A stretch of DNA of 64,000 nucleotides from Cerasibacillus sp. (GCF_036516575.1 NZ_DATBTY010000018.1:3882-67881); one strand, 5' to 3'; positions 9,390-20,693 are shown, counted from the first letter of the stretch. The notes: a model not told the origin generated them from the sequence alone. Numbers and translations: made by a program.

Positions 9390-11102
9390 ATGAAGGATTG
9401 GGTAAAGCCGTATATAAAGCAATATAAGGGAAGAATGTTCTTTGCGATATTACTTGGGGCACTCGGCGTAGCTTCTGGAGCGATGCTACTCTTTACGTCT
9501 GGATACCTGATTTCTAAATCCGCTCTCCAACCTGAAAATGTCATGCTCGTTTATGTCCCAATTGTTGCTGTGAGAGCTTTTAGTATCGGTCAAGCTGCTT
9601 TTCCCTATGCTGAAAAACTCGTCAGCCATGATTTAGTCTTACGGATTTTAGCCCATATGCGAAAGCGACTTTACCATATTGTTGAGCCACAAGCCTTGTT
9701 TTTACGTTCGCGTTATCAAACAGGAGACCTTCTTGGGGTACTCTCGGATGATATCGAACATTTACAAGACTTATATCTACGCTCCATTATTCCGAGTGTC
9801 ATTGGTGTCTTTATTTATGCTGTATTTATTATAGTTATCGGCATCTTTGATATACCATTTGCCTTGATGATGCTCTTTTTACTCGGCGTGATCGTCTTTT
9901 TAATTCCGTGGCTTTCATTTACGATGACAAGAAAAAATCATCTCGTCATAAAAAAAGAGCGCCAAACACTATATGGACAATTAACTGATGCGATTTTTGG
10001 ATTAACGGATTGGCAAGCAAGTGGGCGGACAACTGACTTATTAAAAGCCCAACAACAAAACGATGCAAAACTTTTACAAACAGAACGTCATCTACAAAAC
10101 TGGGAACGAATGCGCAACGCCATGATTCAACTTGTTATCGGCATCGCTGTTATCTTAATGCTCATTTGGGCCAATAAACAAGCTGGTTTAGAAACAATTA
10201 CTCCCACATTGATTGCGGCGTTTACTTTAATGATCATGTCCATTACAGATGCACTAGCACCAATATCAGATGCCGTTGAACATTTGCCAAGTTATACAGA
10301 TTCCGTTCAGCGGATTAAACGTGTTGAACATAGTCATCTGCCACTTGATTTTCCAAAAGACGAAACATGGGATCATTCGCAAGATGCAACAATCGTTCTT
10401 AATGAGGTCAGTTATCATTATCCAAACGCTCAGAGAAATGTCATTGATTCAATGTCATTAACGATTCCTGTTGGAAAGAAAATTGCCGTCTTAGGTAAAA
10501 GTGGCACTGGTAAATCAACCTTATTAAAACTTTTAGCTGGGGTGTTAGAACCAACTCACGGAAAAATTACAGTCGGAGGAAAACCGATGCATAGTGGATT
10601 GCTTTCCCAAGCGGTAGCGGTTTTGAATCAGAAGCCACATTTATTTAATACAACGATTGAAAATAATATTCGAATTGGTAACCCACATGCAAGTGATGCG
10701 GCGATTCAAAACGTCGTTGACCAGGCACAATTAACTGAACTCATTGACTCATTGCCAAAAGGATTACAAACATCAGTTGAGGAGCTAGGAAACCGCTTCT
10801 CAGGTGGTGAGAGACAACGGATTGCTTTTGCCCGTGTTCTTCTGCAAAACACACCGATTATTTTAGTTGATGAAGCTACAGTCGGACTTGACCCGCAAAC
10901 AGAAAGGGAATTGCTTGAAACTGTTTTTAAAGCTACGACGAATAAAACCGTTATTTGGGTCACCCACCATTTAGCCGGTGCACATATGATGGATGAGATA
11001 CTATTTTTACGTCATGGTAAAATTTATATCCAAGGTAGCCATACAGAGTTGTTAACAACGAATGATTATTATAAAAAGCTTTACGCAATGGATCTTGGGT
11101 AA
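9390..11102 (+). CDS. cydC: Thiol reductant ABC exporter subunit CydC (called CydD in B. subtilis)
   Basis: LLFTSGYLISKSAL, GKSGTGKST, FSGGE; operon position. Confidence 0.9.
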   Translation: MKDWVKPYIKQYKGRMFFAILLGALGVASGAMLLFTSGYLISKSALQPENVMLVYVPIVAVRAFSIGQAAFPYAEKLVSHDLVLRILAHMRKRLYHIVEPQALFLRSRYQTGDLLGVLSDDIEHLQDLYLRSIIPSVIGVFIYAVFIIVIGIFDIPFALMMLFLLGVIVFLIPWLSFTMTRKNHLVIKKERQTLYGQLTDAIFGLTDWQASGRTTDLLKAQQQNDAKLLQTERHLQNWERMRNAMIQLVIGIAVILMLIWANKQAGLETITPTLIAAFTLMIMSITDALAPISDAVEHLPSYTDSVQRIKRVEHSHLPLDFPKDETWDHSQDATIVLNEVSYHYPNAQRNVIDSMSLTIPVGKKIAVLGKSGTGKSTLLKLLAGVLEPTHGKITVGGKPMHSGLLSQAVAVLNQKPHLFNTTIENNIRIGNPHASDAAIQNVVDQAQLTELIDSLPKGLQTSVEELGNRFSGGERQRIAFARVLLQNTPIILVDEATVGLDPQTERELLETVFKATTNKTVIWVTHHLAGAHMMDEILFLRHGKIYIQGSHTELLTTNDYYKKLYAMDLG

Positions 11103-11161
11103 CAAAGAAAAGCACGCTTTCTGATATATTGCCCTTATTAATCAGAAGACGTGCTTTTCGT

Positions 11162-13006
11162 TTAGAATGGAAAGAAAAACGGAATCGCGATGATCATAAC
11201 GACAGTTAAGACGAGTTGCAGAACGACACCAATTTTTGCAAAGTCTTTAAAAGTATAGCCACCTGCATTCATAACAAGTGCATTCGTTGGCGAAGCAACA
11301 GGTGTCGCAAAGGCCATACTCGCTGAAATAGCAACTGCTATAACAAATGGATACGGACTTACACCTAGACTTACTGCTGTTGTCATTGCAATCGGAGCAA
11401 ATAAAACAGCCGTTGCTGTATTACTAATGAATTGACTAAGTGTCATCGTTAACAAATAAAATCCAGTTAAAACAGCATATGGTCCATAATCACCTAATAT
11501 ATTGAGAAGTGCTTCACTAACGACGAGTACGCCACCCGTTTTCTCAAGTGCTGTAGCCATTGGAAGCATAGCAGCAATAAGAAAAACGGACTCCCAATTA
11601 ATCGTTCGGTAAGCATCACTTGTCGAGCGAACACAGCCGGTAACAATCATTAAAAAGGCAGACAGTAAAACAGTAACAACAGGGTCTAACCATTCAAATG
11701 TCATAAGTAGAAGCATCAATAACATAATCGCACCAGCAATGGGTGCCTTCCCCCTAGCAATTGCGGTTGTCGCTTTTTGCGATACTTTTCCAACGACAAC
11801 AACATCATCGATCATCTCTGACAACATTTCCATATCATCCCATTTCCCATAGACGAGTAAAGCATCTCCCGGGCGTAAGCACTGTTTGGCTGCATCTTTT
11901 AATATATAATAACCGTTAAGATTAAGAGCTAACACATTACAGCGATATTTTTTCCGAAAATGAATATCACGCAAGGTTTTATTTTTGAATTTAGATTGTG
12001 GTGCGATTAGAATTTCAGTTAAACCAAATTCCCGAGACAGAAAGCGCTCCTTCACTTCAGTCCGCTCTGTAATATCACGTAAGCCATATTCTTTAATCAT
12101 CGCCTCAGCTTGTCCAAAGACAAGCACTTGATCCCCCGCTTGAAAAGTTGTATGTGTTTTAGGAACAACAACATGAGCTCCATTACCGAATAGTTGCAGA
12201 CCATCAGATTCTTTTCTCTCAAATGATATAACAGTTACATCAAATCTTCCTGTTAAATCAAGCCCAATAAGTGATTTACCGATGATTGGTGATGTATCTG
12301 GGACTTCAATTAAATATAATAAATGATTGATATTATAAATACCGACAAGTTCTTGTCCTGTTTGTTCTTCATTCATTTGCTGCTGCATATGCTGATGATT
12401 TGGTAACATCCTTTGACCAATCCATGTCATAAATAATATCCCAGTAATAAAAGCTACAAGACCAACCGGAGTAAAACCAAAGAAATGTAGTGGTTCATAA
12501 CCATGTTCTTTTAGTAAGCCATTGACAACAAGGTTTGGCGGTGTTCCGATCATCGTTAATACGCCACCTAAACTACTAGCAAAAGCTAATGGAATGAGTA
12601 ATTTCGATGGACTTGTTTTTAGACTAACTGCCATACTCATAACAACTGGAAGTAATACAGCGACTGTTCCCGTATTACTCATAAAAGCACTGAAGACACC
12701 AACCGTCACCATGATAATGACAAGCAAGCGCCCTTCGTGATTACCACCCAATTTTAATAACTGATTGCCCAGCATTTTAGCTAAACCTGTATTAAATATT
12801 CCTGCTCCTACAATGAATAAACCCGCAATCATCACGACAACTGAATTTGAAAAACCAGATAATGCCTCATTTGGTGTAATAATATCTGCTATGATAAGCA
12901 CAAGTAAGGCACCAATCGCTATAAGGTCTGAGCGAATTTTTCCATGAATAAAAAAAGCTGTTGCTATACCTAAGGTCAAAAATGTTGTGAGCATATCCGT
13001 ATTCAT
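11162..13006 (-). CDS. SLC13/CitT-like permease with TrkA-C domains
   Basis: SAFMSNTGTVAVLLP, IGTPPNL, SQFISNTATAVL and ATPVASPTN motifs with a soluble central TrkA-C region; start moved to 13006. Confidence 0.88.
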   Translation of the reverse strand: MNTDMLTTFLTLGIATAFFIHGKIRSDLIAIGALLVLIIADIITPNEALSGFSNSVVVMIAGLFIVGAGIFNTGLAKMLGNQLLKLGGNHEGRLLVIIMVTVGVFSAFMSNTGTVAVLLPVVMSMAVSLKTSPSKLLIPLAFASSLGGVLTMIGTPPNLVVNGLLKEHGYEPLHFFGFTPVGLVAFITGILFMTWIGQRMLPNHQHMQQQMNEEQTGQELVGIYNINHLLYLIEVPDTSPIIGKSLIGLDLTGRFDVTVISFERKESDGLQLFGNGAHVVVPKTHTTFQAGDQVLVFGQAEAMIKEYGLRDITERTEVKERFLSREFGLTEILIAPQSKFKNKTLRDIHFRKKYRCNVLALNLNGYYILKDAAKQCLRPGDALLVYGKWDDMEMLSEMIDDVVVVGKVSQKATTAIARGKAPIAGAIMLLMLLLMTFEWLDPVVTVLLSAFLMIVTGCVRSTSDAYRTINWESVFLIAAMLPMATALEKTGGVLVVSEALLNILGDYGPYAVLTGFYLLTMTLSQFISNTATAVLFAPIAMTTAVSLGVSPYPFVIAVAISASMAFATPVASPTNALVMNAGGYTFKDFAKIGVVLQLVLTVVMIIAIPFFFPF

Positions 13007-13178
13007 TTTTACCCCTGCTTTCTTCCACAAGCCATCCATACATTATTCACATGTCCTATATTAGTATATTCGACACAAACAGGAAAATATTAAATTAAAT
13101 ATGTGACTCTTACTAGCTAACATGTTACAGTTTAACTATACAATTTTGATAGGACTTGTTTTTATAGGAGAGGAAAAC

Positions 13179-14039
13179 ATGAAACTAATTGCGACGGATT
13201 TAGACGGAACATTATTAAATGAGCTTGGCCAAGTAAGTCCAGAAAATGCTGCAGCGATTAAACAAGCCTTAAAGGCAGGCATTGAGGTTATTGTAGCGAC
13301 AGGAAGAGCGTATGAAACAGCTGTACCTGAATTAGAAGCTGTTGGTTTACATCTACCAATGATTACGTTAAACGGTGCTGTTGTATTTTCAGAGAACCAT
13401 GAAAAAATCAATGACATCCCACTTGATAAGGAGCTCGCTCAGCAAATTGCTAAGAGCTGCCAGGAAAATGACATTTATTTCGAAGTTTTCTCAAGTAAGG
13501 GCGTTTTTTCAACAAGTCGGGAATACTTTACCCAAGTTGTGATTGATATCGTTAAAACATCAAACCCTGATGTTTCAACTGAAGAAATTAAAGAGCGGAT
13601 TGACGATCGCTTTCGAGCAGAGAATGTCCAATTTACGACAGATTATGAAGCGATTTTAAAAAATCCTGACATTGATATTTATAAAGTACTTGCTTTTTCA
13701 CCAGATGAAACGTCATTAGCCCAAATAAAAGCGGCGTATCAACATGTCGATTCATTAGCAATCACCGCTTCTGCTAGTGTCAATCTTGAGTTTAATCATC
13801 GCGATGCCCAAAAAGGTATCGCTTTAAAAGCCTTCGCCGAATCTAAAGGAATTGATCTGCAAGATGTCATGGCCATCGGTGACAATTATAATGATCTATC
13901 AATGCTAAAAATCGCGGGCCATAGTGTCGCTATGGAAAATGCTGATGACGAGATTAAAGCTCACTGTGATACCGTTACAAAACGAAATGATGAAAATGGC
14001 GTCGCCCATGCAATTCAAAAGGTATTGGAGAAGAGATAA
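13179..14039 (+). CDS. Cof-type HAD-IIB family hydrolase
   Basis: LIATDLDGTLL, ATGR and AIGDNYNDLSML motifs; ATG 13179 after RBS GGAGAGG. Confidence 0.92.
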   Translation: MKLIATDLDGTLLNELGQVSPENAAAIKQALKAGIEVIVATGRAYETAVPELEAVGLHLPMITLNGAVVFSENHEKINDIPLDKELAQQIAKSCQENDIYFEVFSSKGVFSTSREYFTQVVIDIVKTSNPDVSTEEIKERIDDRFRAENVQFTTDYEAILKNPDIDIYKVLAFSPDETSLAQIKAAYQHVDSLAITASASVNLEFNHRDAQKGIALKAFAESKGIDLQDVMAIGDNYNDLSMLKIAGHSVAMENADDEIKAHCDTVTKRNDENGVAHAIQKVLEKR

Positions 14040-14205
14040 TTTTATATTGAAGCGACGCTTGGGAGTTGCGAGATAGATGAGGAGCAGCTAGTGAATTTCG
14101 TCTATGATCTAGGCTGCTTTTAATTCAGATTGAATTTTTCCTCGATTTTTGAATCTATTTGAAGCTCTACTTGTTACTAGTTGTGCCTTTTCCTGTTGTT
14201 TGGAT

Positions 14206-14627
14206 AAAGTAGTAGAATCTACTCCACACTTAATCTACTTTTTGCAAGAGTTCGTGTGGAGTACAGAGCTACACTCCTTACCGTTGACGCTTTTCTCAGG
14301 AAACCACACGGAGTACAGAACACCACTCCTCACCGTTGAAGCTTTTCTCAAGAAATCGTGCGGAGTACAGAGCTACACCCCTCACCGTTGACGCTTTTCT
14401 CAGGGAACCGTGCGGAGTACAGAACACCACTCCTCACCGTTGACGCTTTTCTCAAGAAATCGTGCGGAGTACAGAACACCACTCCTCACAGTTGACGCTT
14501 TTCTCAGGAAACCATGCGGAGTACAGAGCCACACTCCTCACCGATGACGCTTTTCTCAAGAAACCATGCAGAGTACAGAGCCACACTCCTCACCGATGAC
14601 GCTTTTCTCTAGAGACCATGCGGAGTG
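14206..14627. repeat. 52-bp tandem array, family B/C, copy B (7 full units plus degenerate flanks)
   Basis: GGAGT-N10-ACTCC at 14258, 14310, 14362, 14414, 14466, 14518, 14570, with partial copies at 14206 and 14622. Confidence 0.95.
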
Positions 14628-14794
14628 AAGGATTCTTTTCGCTGCGGTTTTTATTTTTTATCTTAATCGCATCGGATAGTGGGCCCCACTTGTTACAGAA
14701 TTCAGATCCAATAAACCACTACATAAACATAAATAATAAAGAGACCGAAACCAGTTATAATTGGCTTCGGTCTTCTAATTTATAGCCCCTTTAA

Positions 14795-16165
14795 TTACTC
14801 AGACACGCGAACAGTAAAGTCTGCTAATAGTCGTGTACCGAATCCTGTAGCGGAGTTTGCGTAATATCCATTTTCTGTACTTTCCATAACACCGGCAATA
14901 TCGACATGCGCCCATTTTGTATTTTCTGGAACGAAATGACGCAAGAATAATGCCGCAGTAATTGAGCCAGCTTCACCTTTGTTACTAATATTACAAATAT
15001 CAGCATAAGAGCTTTTCAGATAGCTTTCATAAGCATCAACGAGTGGCATTGGCCAGTTGAAATCACCGTTTTCATCACCAATATCCTTCATAAGATTCAG
15101 TAGTTCTTGTTCACCAAATACACCGGCCATTTTCGAGCCTAACGCAGCCCAAATCGCACCTGTTAATGTTGCAATATCAACGACATAATCCGCTTCTAAT
15201 TCGCCCGCACGGATTAAACCATCTGCTAAAATGAGGCGACCTTCTGCATCGGTATTACCAATTTGCACGGTTTTGCCATTTTTATATTTAATGACTTCAC
15301 CTGGTAAAACGGACGATTGGTCAATGTTATTTTCAACCATTGGAATGAGTGCAACGACATTAACTTTTGCTTCTGATTCAGAAAGCAACTTCATCGCTCC
15401 AGAAACTGCAGCCGCTCCTCCCATATCCATCCGCATATCACTAAGATTTCGTGAGCCTTTCAAACTAATACCACCTGTATCAAAGGTCACACCTTTTCCT
15501 ACGAGAGCCACTAACGGTTTAGAAGAATCACTACAATATTTTAATTCGACGAAACGCGGTTCATATTGACTCCCTTGCCCAACAGTTAAAACACCGTTCA
15601 TTTCACGCTTTTCAAGTTCAGCTTTATCAAAAACAGTTACCTCAACAGCTGAGTCTTTAAATTCTTCTTGAAGACGTGTTGGAAATGTTTCTGGATTTAA
15701 TACGTTTGACAACTCATTCATTAAATCGCGAGCAAAAGCAGTCGCATCAGCACGAATCTCCCCCGCTTTAACAATTTCACTGCCGTCACCTTTAACTGAT
15801 AGAGTAGGCTTAATAGTATCTTTTTTAGATTGATATGTATTAAATGAATAGTTTCCTAGATTCCAACCTTCAACAAAAGCTGTTACCACTTGATCATCTG
15901 CTAAATCAACATATTCATTTAATACAGATTGCTCAACTTCTACTTCTGTTACCTTTTGTTTACCGAGATGACGTGCAATCGAACCGGCTGTCATACGCAC
16001 ATGTTCTGTCGTTTTTTTCTTTTCTTCGACTGATTTCAAAACAGCGACTACACCTTCAGAAAGTGTCACAGTTACATAATCTCCGGATTGTTTGGCAACA
16101 TAATCTTTTAAGACAGCTTGCTCCTGAATCCGTTTATCCGTTTCCAAGATAATCTGAGCTTTCAT
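14795..16165 (-). CDS. pepA: Leucyl aminopeptidase, M17 family
   Basis: GKGVTFDTGGISLK, DMGGAAAV and NTDAEGRLILAD motifs. Confidence 0.93.
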   Translation of the reverse strand: MKAQIILETDKRIQEQAVLKDYVAKQSGDYVTVTLSEGVVAVLKSVEEKKKTTEHVRMTAGSIARHLGKQKVTEVEVEQSVLNEYVDLADDQVVTAFVEGWNLGNYSFNTYQSKKDTIKPTLSVKGDGSEIVKAGEIRADATAFARDLMNELSNVLNPETFPTRLQEEFKDSAVEVTVFDKAELEKREMNGVLTVGQGSQYEPRFVELKYCSDSSKPLVALVGKGVTFDTGGISLKGSRNLSDMRMDMGGAAAVSGAMKLLSESEAKVNVVALIPMVENNIDQSSVLPGEVIKYKNGKTVQIGNTDAEGRLILADGLIRAGELEADYVVDIATLTGAIWAALGSKMAGVFGEQELLNLMKDIGDENGDFNWPMPLVDAYESYLKSSYADICNISNKGEAGSITAALFLRHFVPENTKWAHVDIAGVMESTENGYYANSATGFGTRLLADFTVRVSE

Positions 16166-16384
16166 AGTAAATTCCTCCCCTAATATATAATTATATTCTA
16201 GTATATACTATTTCGCTTTCCGAATGAATAGATTTCTTCGTACTCATAAATTTTATTTCTTTGGCTACCATGATAATGTGCTACAATTATTGTTGTGAAA
16301 ATAGTTGCAAAGTCTCCTTTTAACATTTAAAATAGCCTCTTGTAGTTCAAAAAAACACCATATGAAAAATAGGAGGGATGAAAG

Positions 16385-17221
16385 ATGGCGAAAATAGTCA
16401 GAGATGTGGCACTAGTCATCATTGGTTCATTCATATTTGCTTTCGGGATTAATTATTTCGCAATTCCAAACCGCTTGTCCGAAGGTGGTGTCATTGGGAT
16501 TACGATGATTACATATTACTTATTTGCATGGTCACCAGGAATTGTAAATTTTGTATTGAATGCATCGCTCTTGGCAGTTGGTTATAAGTATTTTACGAAA
16601 CGAACCATGTTTTACACGATTATTTCGATCATATTTTCATCACTATTCCTCCATTTTACAGTTGATATTGGAAAAGGAATTAATGATGATACATTATTAG
16701 CAGCTTTATTTGCTGGGTTGACTGTCGGACTTGGTCTTGGCTTGATTTTCCGAGCTGGGGGGACATCTGGTGGCTCTGCGATATTAGCCCAATTAGGGAA
16801 TCAACTTCTTGGCTGGAGTGTCGGTAAAGGAATGTTGATTATTGATGTGTTGGTCATATTCGCTTCAGCATTTATTATTGGACAGGAAAAAGCGATGTAC
16901 ACTTTAGTATCAGTCTATGTTGGTGCCAAAATTATCGATATTGTCATTGAAGGTGCCAATATTCGCGTCGCCGTCTTAATTATTTCCTCGCAACCTGAAC
17001 AAATATTAACAGAAGTGACAAATAAAATGGCCCGTGGACTCACCGTTTTAGAAGGACGTGGTGGCTACACAAAAACAAATAAAGAAGTTCTTTACATCGT
17101 TATTAATAAACAAGAAATTGTCCAATTGAAAAAAATAATTGAAGAAATTGATCCGAATGCTTATATTACGACCCATAATGTTCAAGAAATTGGACGTGCA
17201 GGGTATAAAGGAGCAAAATAA
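16385..17221 (+). CDS. YitT family membrane protein (DUF161/DUF2179)
   Basis: EGGVIG, GGTSGG and GRGGYT motifs. Confidence 0.88.
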   Translation: MAKIVRDVALVIIGSFIFAFGINYFAIPNRLSEGGVIGITMITYYLFAWSPGIVNFVLNASLLAVGYKYFTKRTMFYTIISIIFSSLFLHFTVDIGKGINDDTLLAALFAGLTVGLGLGLIFRAGGTSGGSAILAQLGNQLLGWSVGKGMLIIDVLVIFASAFIIGQEKAMYTLVSVYVGAKIIDIVIEGANIRVAVLIISSQPEQILTEVTNKMARGLTVLEGRGGYTKTNKEVLYIVINKQEIVQLKKIIEEIDPNAYITTHNVQEIGRAGYKGAK

Positions 17222-17297
17222 AAAAACCCGCCTATGATCTAACTGTTCCCCTCTGGAAAGAGAGGCGAACGGTCAGCATCATGCGGGAATTTTTTTT
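17222..17297. terminator. Long hairpin between convergent genes, probable bidirectional terminator
   Basis: CCCGC...CCTCT-GGAA-AGAGAGG...GCGGG flanked by A- and T-runs. Confidence 0.55.
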
Positions 17298-17964
17298 AAG
17301 CAATAATGGGCCATTTTTTACGTTGTGCTACTTTTTCAAGATCTGATTTTGGATTAACAACGACTGGATAGTTAGCATATTCGAATAATGGTAAATCACT
17401 CTTACTATCAGCATAGGCCCAAACTGTATCATCTGCTAATAAGCCCTGGCGCTTTTTGTGATAAATCCATTCTCTTACTTTCCTTACTTTTTCATCGCCA
17501 TTAACAATCGTTCCTATTTCACCTGTACAGATACCGTTCGGATAATATCCTAGTTCTGTTCCAATTATCTCTACATCTAGGCCGATTTTTTTTACAAACG
17601 CTTTTAAAAATGGCCGTAGCGCTCCAGAAAGGATAACGACATGATCACCTTTTTGTTGATGTTCACGAACTAGGTTAACTAATTCATAATGGATATCTTT
17701 TTCACCAATGTCAACTAATTTTTCAAAAAAGTGGTCCAATTCTGCTTCTGTTTTTCCTCTAAACGTTCTCGCAAAGCCTTTAAAGAATTGATGTCGAAAC
17801 GCATTCATTCCTTTTGTTGCCCCTAATGCTAGAGCCATGGTTAAATGACGATAAACAGTTGTCCATTCTCTGTACGTAAATTCTTTCTGACCAGCTGCAA
17901 ACATAACATTAAACGAATTTCCTTGAAATAAAGTTCCATCAAAATCTACGGTTACGACAGCCAT
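17296..17964 (-). CDS. HAD-IB family phosphatase
   Basis: DFDGTL, ILSGA and YADSKSDLP motifs. Confidence 0.88.
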   Translation of the reverse strand: MAVVTVDFDGTLFQGNSFNVMFAAGQKEFTYREWTTVYRHLTMALALGATKGMNAFRHQFFKGFARTFRGKTEAELDHFFEKLVDIGEKDIHYELVNLVREHQQKGDHVVILSGALRPFLKAFVKKIGLDVEIIGTELGYYPNGICTGEIGTIVNGDEKVRKVREWIYHKKRQGLLADDTVWAYADSKSDLPLFEYANYPVVVNPKSDLEKVAQRKKWPIIA

Positions 17965-18109
17965 TATGCCACTCCTTTAACATCCGTTATCTTGTATTAT
18001 AAACCATGCTAACAATTTTATTACCGAACTGCAATAATAAGAGTTCGTTATATTCTGAAATGTACTTTTTAAAGAAAAAAGGGATGCACATCAGTACATC
18101 CCATAAGCT

Positions 18110-19033
18110 CTAATCAATTAGAGCAATAACCGTCATCATCGCAAAAATAACCGTCAAATATTGTAAAGATGAACGAAACATGATATTCGCCCATTTCATA
18201 TCGTCCTTCATATAAAATCCTCTGAATGCAAGAAGTAACCACCATATATTTAACACCGTTGCTACAATAACAAATGGCATTCCAAGAGAAGTTAAGAAAA
18301 ATGGAATAGGTAATAAGGTGATAATCCAAACAACCATTTGTCTTTTAGTCACTTCAAACCCAGCAACAACGGGAAGCATTGGTACACCAGCGGCTTTATA
18401 ATCCTCATAACGTCGCATAGCGATGGCGAATGTATGTGGAATCTGCCAAATAAATAATAAAATGAATAGCATTATCGGTACAATATGATAGACCGAAGTC
18501 ACAGCTGCCCAGCCAATGAGCGGTGTCACTGCTCCAGATACACTTCCAATGATCGTATTCAGTGTATAGCGGCGTTTTGTCCAAAATGTATATAAAACAA
18601 CGTACGTAAACCAACCGATAAATGCATACAATACAGCAGACCAAGTTGTAAACAGAAGGAAACTAAAACCAATCAATGTCGCAATAATTCCCATCATTAG
18701 AACTGTCCTTAATGAAAAATGACCGGTGACAGTTGGACGGGCTTTCGTACGTTTCATATGTTTATCAAGGTCGACTTCATACCAATTATTTAAAATAAGA
18801 GCTCCAGCTATAATAAAGAAGCTACCGACCAAAGTGAAAACAAGTGAAGAGATATGATTAGAGAGGGCTTCTTCCGTAAAATAAAGCGCTAGTACATAGC
18901 CTGTCAGAACAGGCATCACATTAATAATTAATACAACAAATTTAAGGAGTGATTTAAGATCTTGTAAAAATGAACGCGCTTTTGATTGTTTCAATGACTG
19001 TTCATGATGCGATGTTTGATTTAACTGATTCAT
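18110..19033 (-). CDS. ctaB: Heme o synthase (protoheme IX farnesyltransferase)
   Basis: NNWYEVDLDKHMKRTKARP, WTKRR, WQIPHT and YKAAGVPMLP motifs. Confidence 0.93.
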   Translation of the reverse strand: MNQLNQTSHHEQSLKQSKARSFLQDLKSLLKFVVLIINVMPVLTGYVLALYFTEEALSNHISSLVFTLVGSFFIIAGALILNNWYEVDLDKHMKRTKARPTVTGHFSLRTVLMMGIIATLIGFSFLLFTTWSAVLYAFIGWFTYVVLYTFWTKRRYTLNTIIGSVSGAVTPLIGWAAVTSVYHIVPIMLFILLFIWQIPHTFAIAMRRYEDYKAAGVPMLPVVAGFEVTKRQMVVWIITLLPIPFFLTSLGMPFVIVATVLNIWWLLLAFRGFYMKDDMKWANIMFRSSLQYLTVIFAMMTVIALID

Positions 19034-19223
19034 CTGTAATCCCTCCCCACTGTAAAATTAGACAGATATACATTATCTTATCACGAAACAATCCTTGATT
19101 CTAGCAATTGGCTATAAACCATACCGAAGATAAGGTAGATTTAGTCCAAATGGCGTTTTTACTCCACCTGACCCTTAATTTGCACTTATGTCGTACAGAA
19201 CTTACTAATGTCGATGTTGACAC

Positions 19224-19400
19224 AGGACGTGCAAATGCTTTTCGGTGGGACGAGTAACCGCAGTCCCAGGCGTTGCGACAGGACGTCGCGTATTTAGCCT
19301 GCGCAGCATAGGACGTGCAAATGCAAACGCTTTTCGGTGGGACGAGTAACCACAGTCCCAGGCGTTGCGACAGGACGTCGCGTATTTAGCCTGCCTTCCC
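19224..19400. repeat. GC-rich repeated element present as a ~92-bp direct duplication
   Basis: CTTTTCGGTGGGACGAGTAACCRCAGTCCCAGGCGTTGCGACAGGACGTCGCGTATTTAGCCTGC at 19238 and 19330. Confidence 0.85.
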
Positions 19401-19531
19401 CTGTCTTCGGGAATTTTAGTAACATCGCGAAGATATTTCCTAGGCAATATTACCGGTCTAAAATTGTGCCATCACTCATATATTAACAACTGGTCGTTCA
19501 ATTTTTTATTAATCTTTAGGAGGAACATCAC

Positions 19532-19990
19532 ATGACTGTCACTGATTATCAACTGACTCTCGATTTACCGCTTCAAAATGTCTGGACTTTTCTTGACGAT
19601 TTTAATAACTGGGCGAGTTTTGTGGATGGATACATAAATCATCGCGAGATTAATCCATTACAATCTATTTGGACTTTTAAAGGCGAATTTGGCTTAATTG
19701 AAAAATCCATACGGCTTAGAGTTGATCGAGTTAAAACAACCCACCCGTATCATATGCTCGTACACTTTTCTAGCCTACAAAATAAATTGTCAGGAGAGGC
19801 TTGCCTACATGCGAATGATTTCGGTAACAATGAAACAAAAATTGATGCCACCATTAAGCTTAAAGTAAAAGGTATGCCTGGCCCTTTGATTCGTCCGATT
19901 GTCAAAAATATGTTGCCTAAAATGCTTAATCAACTAGGTAAGCGTATCAAAACAGAAATATTAAGAAAACAACCTGCACTCATTATGTAA
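19532..19990 (+). CDS. SRPBCC/CoxG family protein
   Basis: VWTFLDDFNNWASFVDGY N-terminal pattern, 152 aa, good RBS. Confidence 0.7.
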   Translation: MTVTDYQLTLDLPLQNVWTFLDDFNNWASFVDGYINHREINPLQSIWTFKGEFGLIEKSIRLRVDRVKTTHPYHMLVHFSSLQNKLSGEACLHANDFGNNETKIDATIKLKVKGMPGPLIRPIVKNMLPKMLNQLGKRIKTEILRKQPALIM

Positions 19991-20159
19991 TCGTTCGGAT
20001 TATTTAACGTAAATTGGAAAAACAACCCATTTGTATCCGTTTTCTATCATTTACATGTAAAAAAAATCCTTATAAATTGAACGATATTATTAAAAATGTT
20101 ATTATTGTTCGTATGCAAAACAGTTTGAACAGCGCGTTAAACAGATTGGAGTTAATACG

Positions 20160-20693
20160 ATGGAAACATATGAAATAACAATAGCAGGAATAACACGACA
20201 ACTACCGATAGTTAAAGTGAAAGAAGATTTACAGATTGCGAGTTTCGTTATTTTAGGAGATGCTGAAATGACGACAGCTGCCGCAAAATTATTAAGCGAA
20301 CAACTTCCCGAAGTTGACTTGCTCGTTACTGCTGAAGCAAAAGGGATTCCATTAGTTCATGAACTTGCAAAACAGTTAAATATGCCTCGCTATATTGTTG
20401 CAAGAAAAAGCGTTAAAGCATATATGCAACAGCCTTTCATTAGTGAAGTGACATCAATGACAACCCAAAGTAAACAACTGCTTTGCCTTGGAACAGATGA
20501 TGTCACCCACATTAAAGGCAAACGAATTGCCCTGATTGATGATGTCATCAGTACAGGAGATTCCATTCGTGCTTTGGAAGATCTTGTAGAAAAAGCTGGT
20601 GGAAAAATTACTGCAAAAGCGGCTATTTTAGCGGAAGGCGACGCGGCTAATCGAAATGATATTATTTATTTAGAGAAATTACCACTCTTTTAA
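20160..20693 (+). CDS. Type I phosphoribosyltransferase (adenine PRT-like)
   Basis: TAEAKGIPL, VARKS and IALIDDVISTGDS PRPP loop. Confidence 0.9.
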   Translation: METYEITIAGITRQLPIVKVKEDLQIASFVILGDAEMTTAAAKLLSEQLPEVDLLVTAEAKGIPLVHELAKQLNMPRYIVARKSVKAYMQQPFISEVTSMTTQSKQLLCLGTDDVTHIKGKRIALIDDVISTGDSIRALEDLVEKAGGKITAKAAILAEGDAANRNDIIYLEKLPLF

